A DNA stretch of 64,000 nt from Eledone cirrhosa (Eukaryota). Positions 51,255-64,000 of the stretch are shown piece by piece (the first letter of the stretch is position 1; every line of letters starts with the position of its first letter). Location: contig OZ024744.1 of NCBI GenBank assembly GCA_964016885.1, forward strand, positions 103,726,001 through 103,790,000. The letters are read 5' to 3'. The notes below the pieces were generated by a model. That model saw only the letters and a program-made list of their open reading frames with translations. It searched no databases and was not told the DNA's origin. The position numbers and the translations under genes were made by a program.

Positions 51255-54200
51255 TGTGGTTAGAAAAAGCTATCTCGCTTACCGCTTTTCACAGGCGCCG
51301 CTAAATTCCACTGCAGGTACTCCTCTTCCACGTGCGTACAACTGCTTAACACCGGGAGCTACCCAAAACTCGCGTCCACACCGTGTGCTGGTCACCACTA
51401 GAGAGAGGCCCTCTGCTGGCCCTTCCGGTCGAGCATCCTTTCGGCCAAAAACCCCTTCCGGTCGAGCACTCCCCCGCCTCCGGCCACCGCACGCCACACC
51501 ATACCCACACGCCCCCCCCCCCTGATCTCAAGGATCAATTTCCCCCTCGTCCCTCTGCATATGAAAGTCTGCTGTCCAGGTCGGTGGTCTACGACTTCGT
51601 TGCGATCTTCGTAGTATTGGGGCAGGGCTCTGGGTTTCCACCTCATCTTGCGTTTCCTCTTCCTCGGAGTCCGTCGACACGGTGATTCTTCTTACATCCA
51701 GGACATGACGTGGTACCCCGTCCACGGACACATTGTTCTTTGAATTTACGGCCGTCACCGTTCCCCTTCCCCATTGAGATGTGCAACGTGCATCTGGGGG
51801 CTTAACCCAGACTTCTTCGCCCACCTGCACGAATGCACTCTCTCCCAACTGGCCGTTGTGGTGGCGTGCACGGGTGCCGCCACTCGTATTTGAATACTAC
51901 TCTATGTGGCACCGATTCCTCGACCTGTCCAACCCGAGGGGACATATTGTACCAGAACACTGCCTCCATTGGTGAGATATGGCCCCGCTCCGCCATTGCC
52001 TTGATCGTCCGGTGGTGTCGCTCCACGATTCCATTCCCGCTCGGCCTGTGCGCCGCTCTGAAGAAACGGTTCACCTTCCATCCATCGAGCATCTCCCTCA
52101 GTGCCTCCGAGCGGAACGCTGCGCTGTTGTACATCAGCAGTTCATCCACAGGGCCCCGCTCCAAGAACACCTCTCTCAACGTCCGCACGATTTCCTCGGC
52201 CGTTCCAGTCTTCATCTCCCTCCATATCGCCATTCGACCTGGTCCACAGTCGACCATCGAGAGGTACGTTCCCTGCCGGTAGTGCGTCACATCCACCGCT
52301 AATCGCTTCCAGTCGCGATCCACCGAGAGGCTTCCCGTTTCGTGTACACCCGGGGCGGGATCAATGGACTGACATCGGACGCAGCCTCTAACGACCCCCC
52401 GAACACTGTGTCTGCTAACGTCCGAGTCGATTCTCCTGGCTAGGAACAGGCTCCTATCCACCCCCATGTGGTGCATGTCATGCAACCCCTTCAGGTCTAA
52501 CTCGGTCAGCCGACACACGGCAGCTATCTCATCCTCTACCTCCTCCGGCGCTTCCATCCAGGCTTTCTTCACTCTAGTTAAGATGTCCGCCCTATTTTTC
52601 TCTGAGGGCACGAACACTATGCTCAGCTTCAGGTCGAACTCGGTGGCCAGCTCTCCTAACGTTCCCAGGCGGCGCTTTATCAGCATCTCCGCCGCGACTC
52701 TCGTTCGCACTCTCTTCTCACTGGTGAGCACTGATCTTACCCATCCGAGTACAGTAGCCGAGTCGGTGCATATCTCGATGGTGCGCAGCCCCCACCGCAG
52801 GGCGAGGTTCACCCCTCTCAACACCGCGTCCAGCTCGGCCACATTGATGTGGCTGCAGTCGTCCTTCTTTCTAAGCCAGGCTGCATCCTCGACCTCAACA
52901 CCTCCTATCTCCAACGTGACACCCAGCGCTATGCTGCTGGCATCGCACCATACGGTCCCGCTCCGTGATTTGGGAACGTACCAGCGTCCCCGCACTGGGT
53001 CGTCGGCCTTCACCCTCCCCACGATCTCCTGCATCATGGCCACCGTCCTCTCTCCCACTCTGTCACTCTAAGTCACCCCTCCCGCTCGTCTCTTGACATA
53101 GCTGCATGCCGTCCGGAGCCACCCAGCGATCGGGTAGTGACCCACCAGCTTTCCACACACCGAGAAAAGCTCCCGCCTATTCATACTTGGGCCCAGTTCC
53201 GGAACTTCGTTTCCCCTCTGGAACACCAAAACGCCCGTCTTGTCTCGCCGTAGCCTAAGTCCCAGCGCGGCTCCTCCCTCCAATGCTTCTGATGGCTTCG
53301 CAGTCAGTCCATACCTCCGCAAATGGCTCTGATCTCCGCCGTCGACACCACCGACTCGTCCACTAGGATGTCGTCAATATAGGAGTTAGTATCCCTCTTT
53401 ATCTTGTCGGCCCTCCCCAGAGCGGTCTTGAGGACCGCCGCCATGATCTTCGGTGCGGAGCTCAGCCCGAAACCGAGCCTGGTCAGGCAATATGTCCGGC
53501 CCTTATACCTGACCAGCTGATACCGCCAAAGCTTCTCATCTATATGCAACTGCAAGTAAGCCGACTTTAGATCCACGATCGCTGAACCCCCCGTCATGCG
53601 TCTCCACTCACGCAGGGTTTTCCCACAGACATCCGTGACCTCGCCACCCGTGTGGCATGACACGTGCTCGTTCAGCTCCCGATAGTCAAGCACCGGCCTC
53701 ACCTTGCTCTTCGTGGGTTGCACCACCGCCATCAACGGCAATACTCCGCACTTCACCTCCTCCTTCCGGGGAAGCAGTATGCCCTCTTCGATTCATCTCT
53801 CTACTTCTCGCTCCTAGCGTTTCCCTTCAATGTGTGTTGATAGCAGCCCACTTTGGTCTTCAGTGTTGGTGGTTCTCCCTTCCAGTACCACTCAACAACC
53901 CATCGCTGCCCATCAAACACGGCCTTGAAGTCTTTGTCCTGTACAGTGTAAGCGGGGTATTCCTCCTCGTGGGCCTTCTGGTTCTCATGACGTGCACACA
54001 CAGCGCATACCGATGCAGCGGCGCCAAACGACACACCGACATTGTTCACCGTGACGCCCCCTAGACGGCTAATCGCGTCCATGCCCATAACCACGCCGAT
54101 CCCATCCACCACACTGTCTACCACGATGGCGGAAAGCCTTATCCTCCTTCCCCGTACCGCTATTTCCATCTCGCTGCGACCTCGGCATTTTCTTGCCGTC

Positions 54201-55421
54201 GACTGCCCTTACGCTGCTCTTCCCTCCCCACCTCTGCGCCACCACCCCCGCGGTCACCAGTGTCGTCGTACAGCCCGTATCCACGAGGGCTCGCTGTGGC
54301 TTCCCCCTCACGAAGACTTCCACCACGGGCAGCGCCGCTACTCGTAAGGGGCAACTACCGGCGCAGTAGTTCCCCTTGGATCGTTTCCCTGGTCGCAGTT
54401 AGTAGCGATGTGGCCTGGTCGCTTACACCGGTAGCAAATTATCTCCGGCTTCGACTCTCTACAGTCTCTAGCCATGTGCGGGCCCTGGCACCGAAAACAG
54501 CGCCCCCTAAACGCATGCGGACGGCCGCGTGCCGAGGTTGCCTCCCTTTCACCATTTCGCTGCCAGGTGTCCTGAGCCTCCGTAGTTGCTATCGCCGCAA
54601 CACTCTTTTTGGCATCTTCCGCTATGATCCGGGCTTGTTCCACCAGTGAACGCATTTCCATCTCTTTATAACCCGGGACTTGCTGCAGTTTCACTGCTAA
54701 GTCGTCCGGAAATCCATTGATGAACGCCAACCGCACCGTGCGTTCGCATTCCGCCTGGTAACCGGCCAACATAGCCAACCGCCTTATTTCCGCTGCGAAA
54801 ATGTCGACGCGCTCACCATTCCACCTGATTCTCGCCAGCTTAGCAAAAGCCGCCAACGGTCCCTCGGCGAATGCATCCATCAGACGCCTCTCAATCTTCT
54901 GCACATCTCTTTGGCTGTGCTCGTCCAACTCAAGGAAGAGTACCAGCGCGTCGCCCTCGAGGTACAATGCCATGAGGCCGGCCACGTCCTCTATCTTCTG
55001 CAAGCTTGCGACCAGCCGAACCTTCCGCAGCCAAGCGACAACATCGCCTTACCCGGTGAATGCCCTGATAGCTTCGTTCATCCGTAGCCTTGTCGCCATC
55101 TTCTGATTTGTCTTGCGGCAAGTTTTTTTTTTTTTTTTTTTTTTTTTTTCCAGTCGCCGAAATAGCTTGTGGTTAGAAAAAGCTATCTCACTTACCGCTT
55201 TTCACAGGCGCCGCTAAATTCCACTGCAGGTACTCCTCTTCCATGTGCGTCCAACTGCTTAACACCGGGAGCTGCCCAAAACTCGCGTCCACACCGTGTG
55301 CTGGTCACCACTAGAGAGAGGCCCTCTGCTGGCCCTTCCGGTCGAGCATCCTTCCGGCCAAAAACCCCTTCCGGTCGAGCACTCCCCCGCTCCGGCCACC
55401 GCACGCCACACCATACCCACA
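51255..55421 (-). mobile_element. Compact GC-rich LTR retrotransposon (gag-PR-RT-RH-IN), complete but frameshifted
   Basis: LTRs at 51255-51509 and 55168-55421 (TG..CA), 5-bp TSD AGTAA and a G-run PPT. Gag has two CCHC knuckles; pol shows ALVDTG, YIDDIL, WCDAS..AELDA..TDS RNase H, and an HHCC plus GNGIVER integrase. Confidence 0.93.
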
Positions 55422-55647
55422 AGTAAATGTAAAATGTAAAATATAAATAAGGATTGCTCTGGTAAAATATACTAAAATATTTGTGTAACTTCCACAAACT
55501 TCTGTCGTGACATTCCCGAGTCCAGTGACCAAAAGATTGTTGTATTTTGATGTTTCAGAATACAAAAATTAATTAAAAACTTACCCCACGAAAAGACAAC
55601 GTGTGTTGTCCTATCTATAAGCTCCCTCATACATACATACACACATA

Positions 55648-56040
55648 TTGATTATTGAGGCACTGGGATATGTTAGTAACTGCCTCAATACAAATCTTGA
55701 GAAGCTGGGCTTCACAGGAACAGAAAGAACACAACTAGTTAGGAAATTACAAGTACAATCCATTAATGGAATAGTAAAAATATGTAAAACATTCCAAAAA
55801 TGTTGCATCTAATAACTGCATATACACATGTACAGATACAAAGCATATACACATGCACACATACAACTCAAAACATACACATCCACACATACAATAACAT
55901 CCATATCTACACATGCATGCATACATACATATCTACCTAGTTGATGTTGTGTAAATTCCAATGAGAGTCGTGTGTCTATGTTAGAAACCGACTCTCTCTC
56001 TATTGGTAAAACTTTGTGAAATTATAAAACCAGAAGAACA
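55648..56040 (+). mobile_element. Short 5'-truncated R4/Dong-like element
   Basis: Matches 45566-45938; preceded by catacatacatac. Confidence 0.85.
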
Positions 56041-56089
56041 TATATATTTATATATACATATATACATACATACATACATGCATGATATT

Positions 56090-56385
56090 GCATCAGTTAC
56101 AGCGATGAGTGTTCCTGCTGATCCGATCAAAGGAACAGCCTGCTTGTGAAATTAATGTGCAAGTGGCTGAGCATTCCACAAACACATGTACCCTTAATGA
56201 TTTGGCGTGACACAAAATGTGACAAGGCTGGCCCTTCAGGTATAACTCATTTTTTCCAGTTGAGTGGACTGGAGCAACGTTTAATAAAGTGTCTTGCTTA
56301 AGGACACAGCGCGCCGCTGGGAATCAGACCCATGACCTTACAATTATGAGCTGAATCCCTAACCTCACAGCCATCTACCTTCACA
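56090..56385 (-). mobile_element. Decayed SINE (second family)
   Basis: On the minus strand, a tRNA-like head followed by the gtgtccttaagcaagacacttt body motif and a (TATG)n tail. Confidence 0.55.
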
Positions 56386-56391
56386 TACATA

Positions 56392-57925
<1,534 letters not shown>

Positions 57926-58340
57926 CAACATTCCACATTTAAAGTAGGTCTTTCACTTCAGTGAAATGCTTTGATTTATGAGTTAATTAATGTTATAAAG
58001 AATTTATTTTAGGCTCTGATGATAATATTGATACACATATTTATTTATTTTTAATGTACTAATATCGGTTTATATTCGATATCTCAACATCTATGTCCAT
58101 TCTTACTGGTCAGTATTTGAAACAACTTGTCAGCCATTAAATATATATATATATATGTATTCATAAATTTTTGTTGTTCTCTCCATCATTTTAAATATGA
58201 TATATATATATATATATATATATTAATAAGAGGAATTCCAACTTTGTCTGATTTACTCGTTTTATTTACAATCCTTTAAAATATATATAATGGTATTATA
58301 ATGAAATAGTATGATAGAATATTAAATTCTAAGTGTTAAT

Positions 58341-58379
58341 TGAACAAGTACTTTCATGCTTTCGCAATCTTCAGGTTCA
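58341..58379 (-). ncRNA. Minimal type-I hammerhead ribozyme motif
   Basis: tgaac-CTGAAGA-t-tgc(gaaa)gca-t-GAAA-gtac-tt-gttca on the minus strand. Confidence 0.7.
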
Positions 58380-58834
58380 TGATATGTGGTGACAGTCGAG
58401 TTTGCAATTTTCAACTTATTTTATTTTATTTTTGTCTTTAATCGGCTTTGAATTCCTCTCACTCGGGAGGAGTGTCATAACCATCGATTCTGGAGTGATC
58501 AAAGGTAAAATCAATGCCGTTATAATATAGTAAATATATTTCCCATTCAATTTAAGGTGTTGTATGGCCAACATTTTGGGTTGAGTCGTGTGGAGTATAA
58601 TCGATTGATTAAGAGGATATGAAGATAATCAATCAACACTGGTGTAATATCGATACCAAACAATAACATCATTGTGTGTCCAGTCATATCTCAACCTGTT
58701 TACATCATGTGTTTATTAAATTTATGCCTAAAAATCCTCACACGATATATTATATATAGCATTAAAAAAAAACCCGGTTTCTACAAAACCGTACAACAGA
58801 TGAAAATTGCAAACTCGACTGTCACCACATATCA

Positions 58835-58873
58835 TGAACCTGAAGATTGCGAAAGCATGAAAGTACTTTTTCA
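58835..58873 (+). ncRNA. Minimal type-I hammerhead ribozyme motif (one stem-I mismatch)
   Basis: Mirror copy of 58341-58379. Confidence 0.6.
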
Positions 58874-59055
58874 ATTAACACTTAGAATTTAATATTCTAT
58901 CATACTATTTCATTATAATACCATTATATATATATTTTAAAGGATTGTAAATAAAACGAGTAAATCAGACAAAGTTGGAATTCCTCTTATTAATATAATC
59001 TTCTATACACAATCATACACACCCGTGTATATTTACCTATCTATATCTATATATA

Positions 59056-59106
<51 letters not shown>

Positions 59107-59252
59107 CCCCCTCCCTCTTCTGTATGCTGATGTAGAGTATACTTCAGTCGTATAATCGAAGTGGATTCTAGCTGGTTTATTTGCACTTTGGTGGATTCCA
59201 TAATGTAGAACTTTCAGTATTCACTCCATCTATTTAGAATTAAGTCTTTTCG

Positions 59253-62200
59253 TTAGAAAATCTGTTGAAGGCAGCTGATGAAATTTGTGGCTGAAACAGA
59301 CCTTCGGACAGGAGGAGGTGGAACAGTAAGGTGGAGGAGTCCATCAAGGGCAAAAAGCGGGTGTGGAAAGCTTGGCAGGACGGGGGTAGTAGAGAACACT
59401 ATCAGGTAGCTAGAAGAGAAGCTAGACAACAAGTATACCTTGCAAAGAGGGAAGCAGAGGATAGTAAGTTCAAGCATATTCTACAACGGGAGGACCAAAG
59501 ACGTGAGGTATTCAGGATTGCGAGGCAATGTGTCAAGGAGAATTGTTATATTGTCGGGGAGACGTGAGTCCGTAATTATGATGGTGTTGTAGCGGTTGTC
59601 TCCCTTGTTTGGATCTAGACGGGAAGTAGAACCCTTTCTGCAACTTCCGGTCAGAACCCTATAAAACTAACAACTTTAAGCTCTCATTCTCTCATTGCCC
59701 TTCCGGCGCCCTGGCTTTAGCCAGGCGTCCTCTGCCAGCCGCGTTTGCCTGGCAATCAAAACGGTAACGACTAACTTTGTTTCATTCTATCATCTATTAC
59801 TTTGACATGTCAACTATACTATCTACCATTGTTAATTAAATATTATCTACACACAAACAATGTATTCCTTGTTACATTCATACAACCCAGTATTCTCGCT
59901 ATATTGGTAACCCTGACATGATACGAACACGCAGCCGTTCATCGCTATAAGTGGTCACCCCCAAAAAAGAAAAAAATAGCACATCTGGTTTTGTGTGAGT
60001 AACATTACGAATACACAGCGAATTTATCGACAAACTATGAAAATACTCAAGGACACGCACACACGCACATGTGGAATTCGCACAGACAGACTTTTTCTCT
60101 CACGCATCAACTAACTGTCGCATTTCACCAATATATATATATGTTTCTCGTTTCTTACAACGAACACTTTCAAAACAAAAAAAAAAAACATTTCACGATA
60201 TATATATATGTTTCTCGTTTCTTACAACGAACTCTTTCAAAACAAAAAAAAAAAAAGAAATTTGATATTCTTTAAAAAACATTTCAACAGGAACATTTAT
60301 TTTCGATGAACCATTGCCTTTTTGTTCATCGTTTTCTTCATCGTTCAAGTCTTTTTTTTTTTTCTTTCTCCAAAGTTCACACCAATAATTATGCTGAGTG
60401 AAGCCTTTCTTTTTCATCATTGTCACTTTCAAAATTGCACTATCATTTTCTCGCGCGTTAGAAATATTATTTTTTCAACCTTGTATTGGCACGTGTAGGC
60501 AGCACAAATCCTCGACTCACAGAGATAGCCGCACGCCAGAGATAACATTTCTCGCCAAGGATTCTTCAGCCTTAAGCTATATTCTTCTATTTGCCGGTTT
60601 ATAAATTTACAATGTAAATTTACCGTTGATAACCGCGCATTTATTAAGAATGCTTATTTCTCTGGTCGCTGGCCTCTTGACCCTTCCAGGTCAACGCATT
60701 CTCAACATCGACCATCAACTTCGGCTGCTATTTCTAGCACTTTGCGCAACTCATTTTTTTCTAAAAAAAAATTTTTTTTTTTACTGTGAATTTAAACACC
60801 GAATACGCTCACTCAGCGAGACAACAGCAGCAGCAATACATCAACACAGCTTCACCAACAACCAAAGCCAGAGAATTTATTTTTGCAGCACTCTTCCTGT
60901 GAGAAAATCCATTCGGAGGTTGGAAATTTCACGATATACCACAGAACAGAAACCACCTGCATTCATTCTCGGGAACACACTTTCTTTCCTGCTGTCATGT
61001 GATTACACACCTGTGAACTATATTTTGTACATTTGAGCTCTTCTCTTACTTTATTACATTGTATCTTTGGGTGATGGATAGATGGATGTCCAGTCGTTCT
61101 CTGGCCAAGAGCGGTTGGCTACCTTGATATCTATCATTGATTTTTGCAAACATTCTTTTGTCGTAATTTTCATGCCTGTTACAACATTCTCGCCAACTTG
61201 CTACATATTTTCATTTCGATTTTTATACACTAAAATTCTGGCGGGAGGTTATGTAGCGGTTGTCTCCCTTGTTTGGATCTAGACGGGAAGTAGAACCCTT
61301 TCTGCAACTTCCGGTCAGAACCCTATAAAACTAACAACTTTAAGCTCTCATTCTCTCATTGCCCTTCCGGCGCCCTGGCTTTAGCCAGGCGTCCTCTGCC
61401 AGCCGCGTTTGCCTGGCAATCAAAACGGTAATGACTAACTTTGTTTCATTCTATCATCTATTACTTTGACATGTCAACTATACTATCTACCATTGTTAAT
61501 TAAATATTATACACACCAACAATGTATACTAACTTTGTTTCATTCTATCATCTATTACTTTGACATGTCAACTATACTATCTACCATTGTTAATTAAATA
61601 TTATCTACACACAAACAATGTATTCCTTGTTACATTCATACAACCCAGTATTCTCGCTATATTGGTAACCCTGACATGATACGAACACGCAGCCGTTCAT
61701 CGCTATAAGTGGTCACCCCAAAAAAAGAAAAAAATAGCACATCTGGTTTTGTGTGAGTAACATTACGAATACACAGCGAATTTATCGACAAACTATGAAA
61801 ATACTCAAGGACACGCACACACGCACATGTGGAATTCGCACAGACAGACTTTTTCTCTCACGCATCAACTAACTGTCGCATTTCACCAATATATATATAT
61901 GTTTCTCGTTTCTTACAACGAACACTTTCAAAACAAAAAAAAAAAACATTTCACGATATATATATGTTTCTCGTTTCTTACAACGAACTCTTTCAAAACA
62001 AAAAAAAAAAAAAGAAATTTGATATTCTTTAAAAAACATTTCAACAGGAACATTTATTTTCGATGAACCATTGCCTTTTTGTTCATCGTTTTCTTCATCG
62101 TTCAAGTCTTTTTTTTTTTCTTTCTCCAAAGTTCACACCAATAATTATGCTGAGTGAAGCCTTTCTTTTTCATCATTGTCACTTTCAAAATTGCACTATC

Positions 62201-64000
62201 ATTTTCTCGCGCGTTAGAAATATTATTTTTTCAACCTTGTATTGGCACGTGTAGGCAGCACAAATCCTCGACTCACAGAGATAGCCGCACGCCAGAGATA
62301 ACATTTCTCGCCAAGGATTCTTCAGCCTTAAGCTATATTCTTCTATTTGCCGGTTTATAAATTTACAATGTAAATTTACCGTTGATAACCGCGCATTTAT
62401 TAAGAATGCTTATTTCTCTGGTCGCTGGCCTCTTGACCCTTCCAGGTCAACGCATTCTCAACATCGACCATCAACTTCGGCTGCTATTTCTAGCACTTTG
62501 CGCAACTCATTTTTTTCTAAAAAAAAAATTTTTTTTTTTACTGTGAATTTAAACACCGAATACGCTCACTCAGCGAGACAACAGCAGCAGCAATACATCA
62601 ACACAGCTTCACCAACAACCAAAGCCAGAGAATTTATTTTTGCAGCACTCTTCCTGTGAGAAAATCCATTCGGAGGTTGGAAATTTCACGATATACCACA
62701 GAACAGAAACCACCTGCATTCATTCTCGGGAACACACTTTCTTTCCTGCTGTCATGTGATTACACACCTGTGAACTATATTTTGTACATTTGAGCTCTTC
62801 TCTTACTTTATTACATTGTATCTTTGGGTGATGGATAGATGGATGTCCAGTCGTTCTCTGGCCAAGAGCGGTTGGCTACCTTGATATCTATCATTGATTT
62901 TTGCAAACATTCTTTTGTCGTAATTTTCATGCCTGTTACAACATTCTCGCCAACTTGCTACATATTTTCATTTCGATTTTTATACACTAAAATTCTGGCG
63001 GGAGGTTATGTAGCGGTTGTCTCCCTTGTTTGGATCTAGACGGGAAGTAGAACCCTTTCTGCAACTTCCGGTCAGAACCCTATAAAACTAACAACTTTAA
63101 GCTCTCATTCTCTCATTGCCCTTCCGGCGCCCTGGCTTTAGCCAGGCGTCCTCTGCCAGCCGCGTTTGCCTGGCAATCAAAACGGTAATGACTAACTTTG
63201 TTTCATTCTATCATCTATTACTTTGACATGTCAACTATACTATCTACCATTGTTAATTAAATATTATACACACCAACAATGTATACTAACTTTGTTTCAT
63301 TCTATCATCTATTACTTTGACATGTCAACTATACTATCTACCATTGTTAATTAAATATTATCTACACACAAACAATGTATTCCTTGTTACATTCATACAA
63401 CCCAGTATTCTCGCTATAGTGTACTTGCCCTCACTGATACTGATAAGAAGGTAGCTTGGAAGTGTCACTACGATAGACTACTGAATGTGGAGAATGAATG
63501 GAATAAAGATAGTTTGCCCCACATTGATCCAACAGAAGGACCAGCTGTGCAAGTTAATGGTAGTGTAGTAAGTAAGGCAATCAAAAATATGAAGACAGGC
63601 TGCACCTTCGGAGATAGTTGCTGAAATGTTGAAGGTATCTGGAATGGTGGGACATACTATGGTCACCCGGATAGTAAACCAAGTAATACAGAATGGGATC
63701 ATACCAAATGACTGGAGTAGCAGGATCATCAACTGTTACTAGGGCAAAGGAGACGCCCTGGATAGAGGAAACTATAGGGGTATTAAATTAGTTGAGCAAG
63801 TCATGAACGTCACAGAAAGACTGAATTGATCTAGATGAAATGCAGTTTTGGTTTGTGGCAGGTAAAAGTATCACGGATGCTCTTTTCCTTGTACGGCAAT
63901 TTCAGGGAAAGTACTTGGCTAACAGTAAACCCCTCTACTTAGCTTTTGTTGACCTGCAGAAGATCTTTGACAGAGTTCCGCGCACCTTAATCTGGTGGGC
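59253..64000 (+). mobile_element. Decayed RTE LINE split by the tandem LTR element
   Basis: 59253-59587 and 63419-64000 join to match 25210-26150. Confidence 0.85.
59588..63418 (+). mobile_element. Non-coding tandem LTR element (LTR-internal-LTR-internal-LTR)
   Basis: LTRs at 59588-59903, 61252-61661 and 63009-63418; TSD GTGT; PBS TGGTAACCCTGACATGAT; purine-rich tract before the LTRs; two near-identical internal regions of about 1.35 kb with no recognisable domains. Confidence 0.9.

Larger units (their letters stand above)
58221..58995. mobile_element. Inverted pair of about 193-bp hammerhead-containing repeats around a spacer of about 390 bp (Penelope-type inverted pLTR)
   Basis: 58221-58413 is a near-perfect reverse complement of 58801-58995, and each arm holds a hammerhead core. 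Confidence 0.75.

Noticed and set aside
51256-55565. Many overlapping plus-strand ORFs
   Set aside because: Antisense shadows of the GC-rich gag-pol and LTRs.
59120-59175. Additional hammerhead (ctgatgt..cgaag)
   Set aside because: The core is mutated and the stems cannot be closed convincingly.
60069-63039. Duplicated short ORFs in the tandem LTR internal regions
   Set aside because: No recognisable domains, and homopolymer indels change the frames between the two copies.

Overview
Eukaryotic, AT-rich window made up almost entirely of repeats. The SINE/RTE repertoire resembles that of octopus/cephalopod genomes (inference from remembered repeat families, not verified). No intact host gene is evident, and most ORFs in the track are decayed transposon fragments or microsatellite noise. 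Recognisable elements: about seven R4/Dong-like (restriction-like endonuclease) non-LTR copies sitting in (CATA)n tracts; many RTE LINEs, two near full length with three C-terminal C2H2 fingers; bipartite RTE derivatives; Penelope-like fragments with minimal hammerhead ribozymes; a CsRn1-like Gypsy element; related solo, deleted and tandem LTR elements with tRNA-Trp primer sites and non-CA 3' ends; a compact GC-rich LTR retrotransposon (51255-55421); a deleted Helitron; two DD37D (maT) transposons and one mariner. The most interesting non-transposon signal is an old tandemly duplicated host unit carrying a small phase-1/phase-1 exon candidate (51, 69 and 69 nt). By manual count, two of the copies are about 70% identical in the exon, every differing codon changes the amino acid, and the adjacent intron is about 95% identical. 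All coordinates and counts were read by eye.
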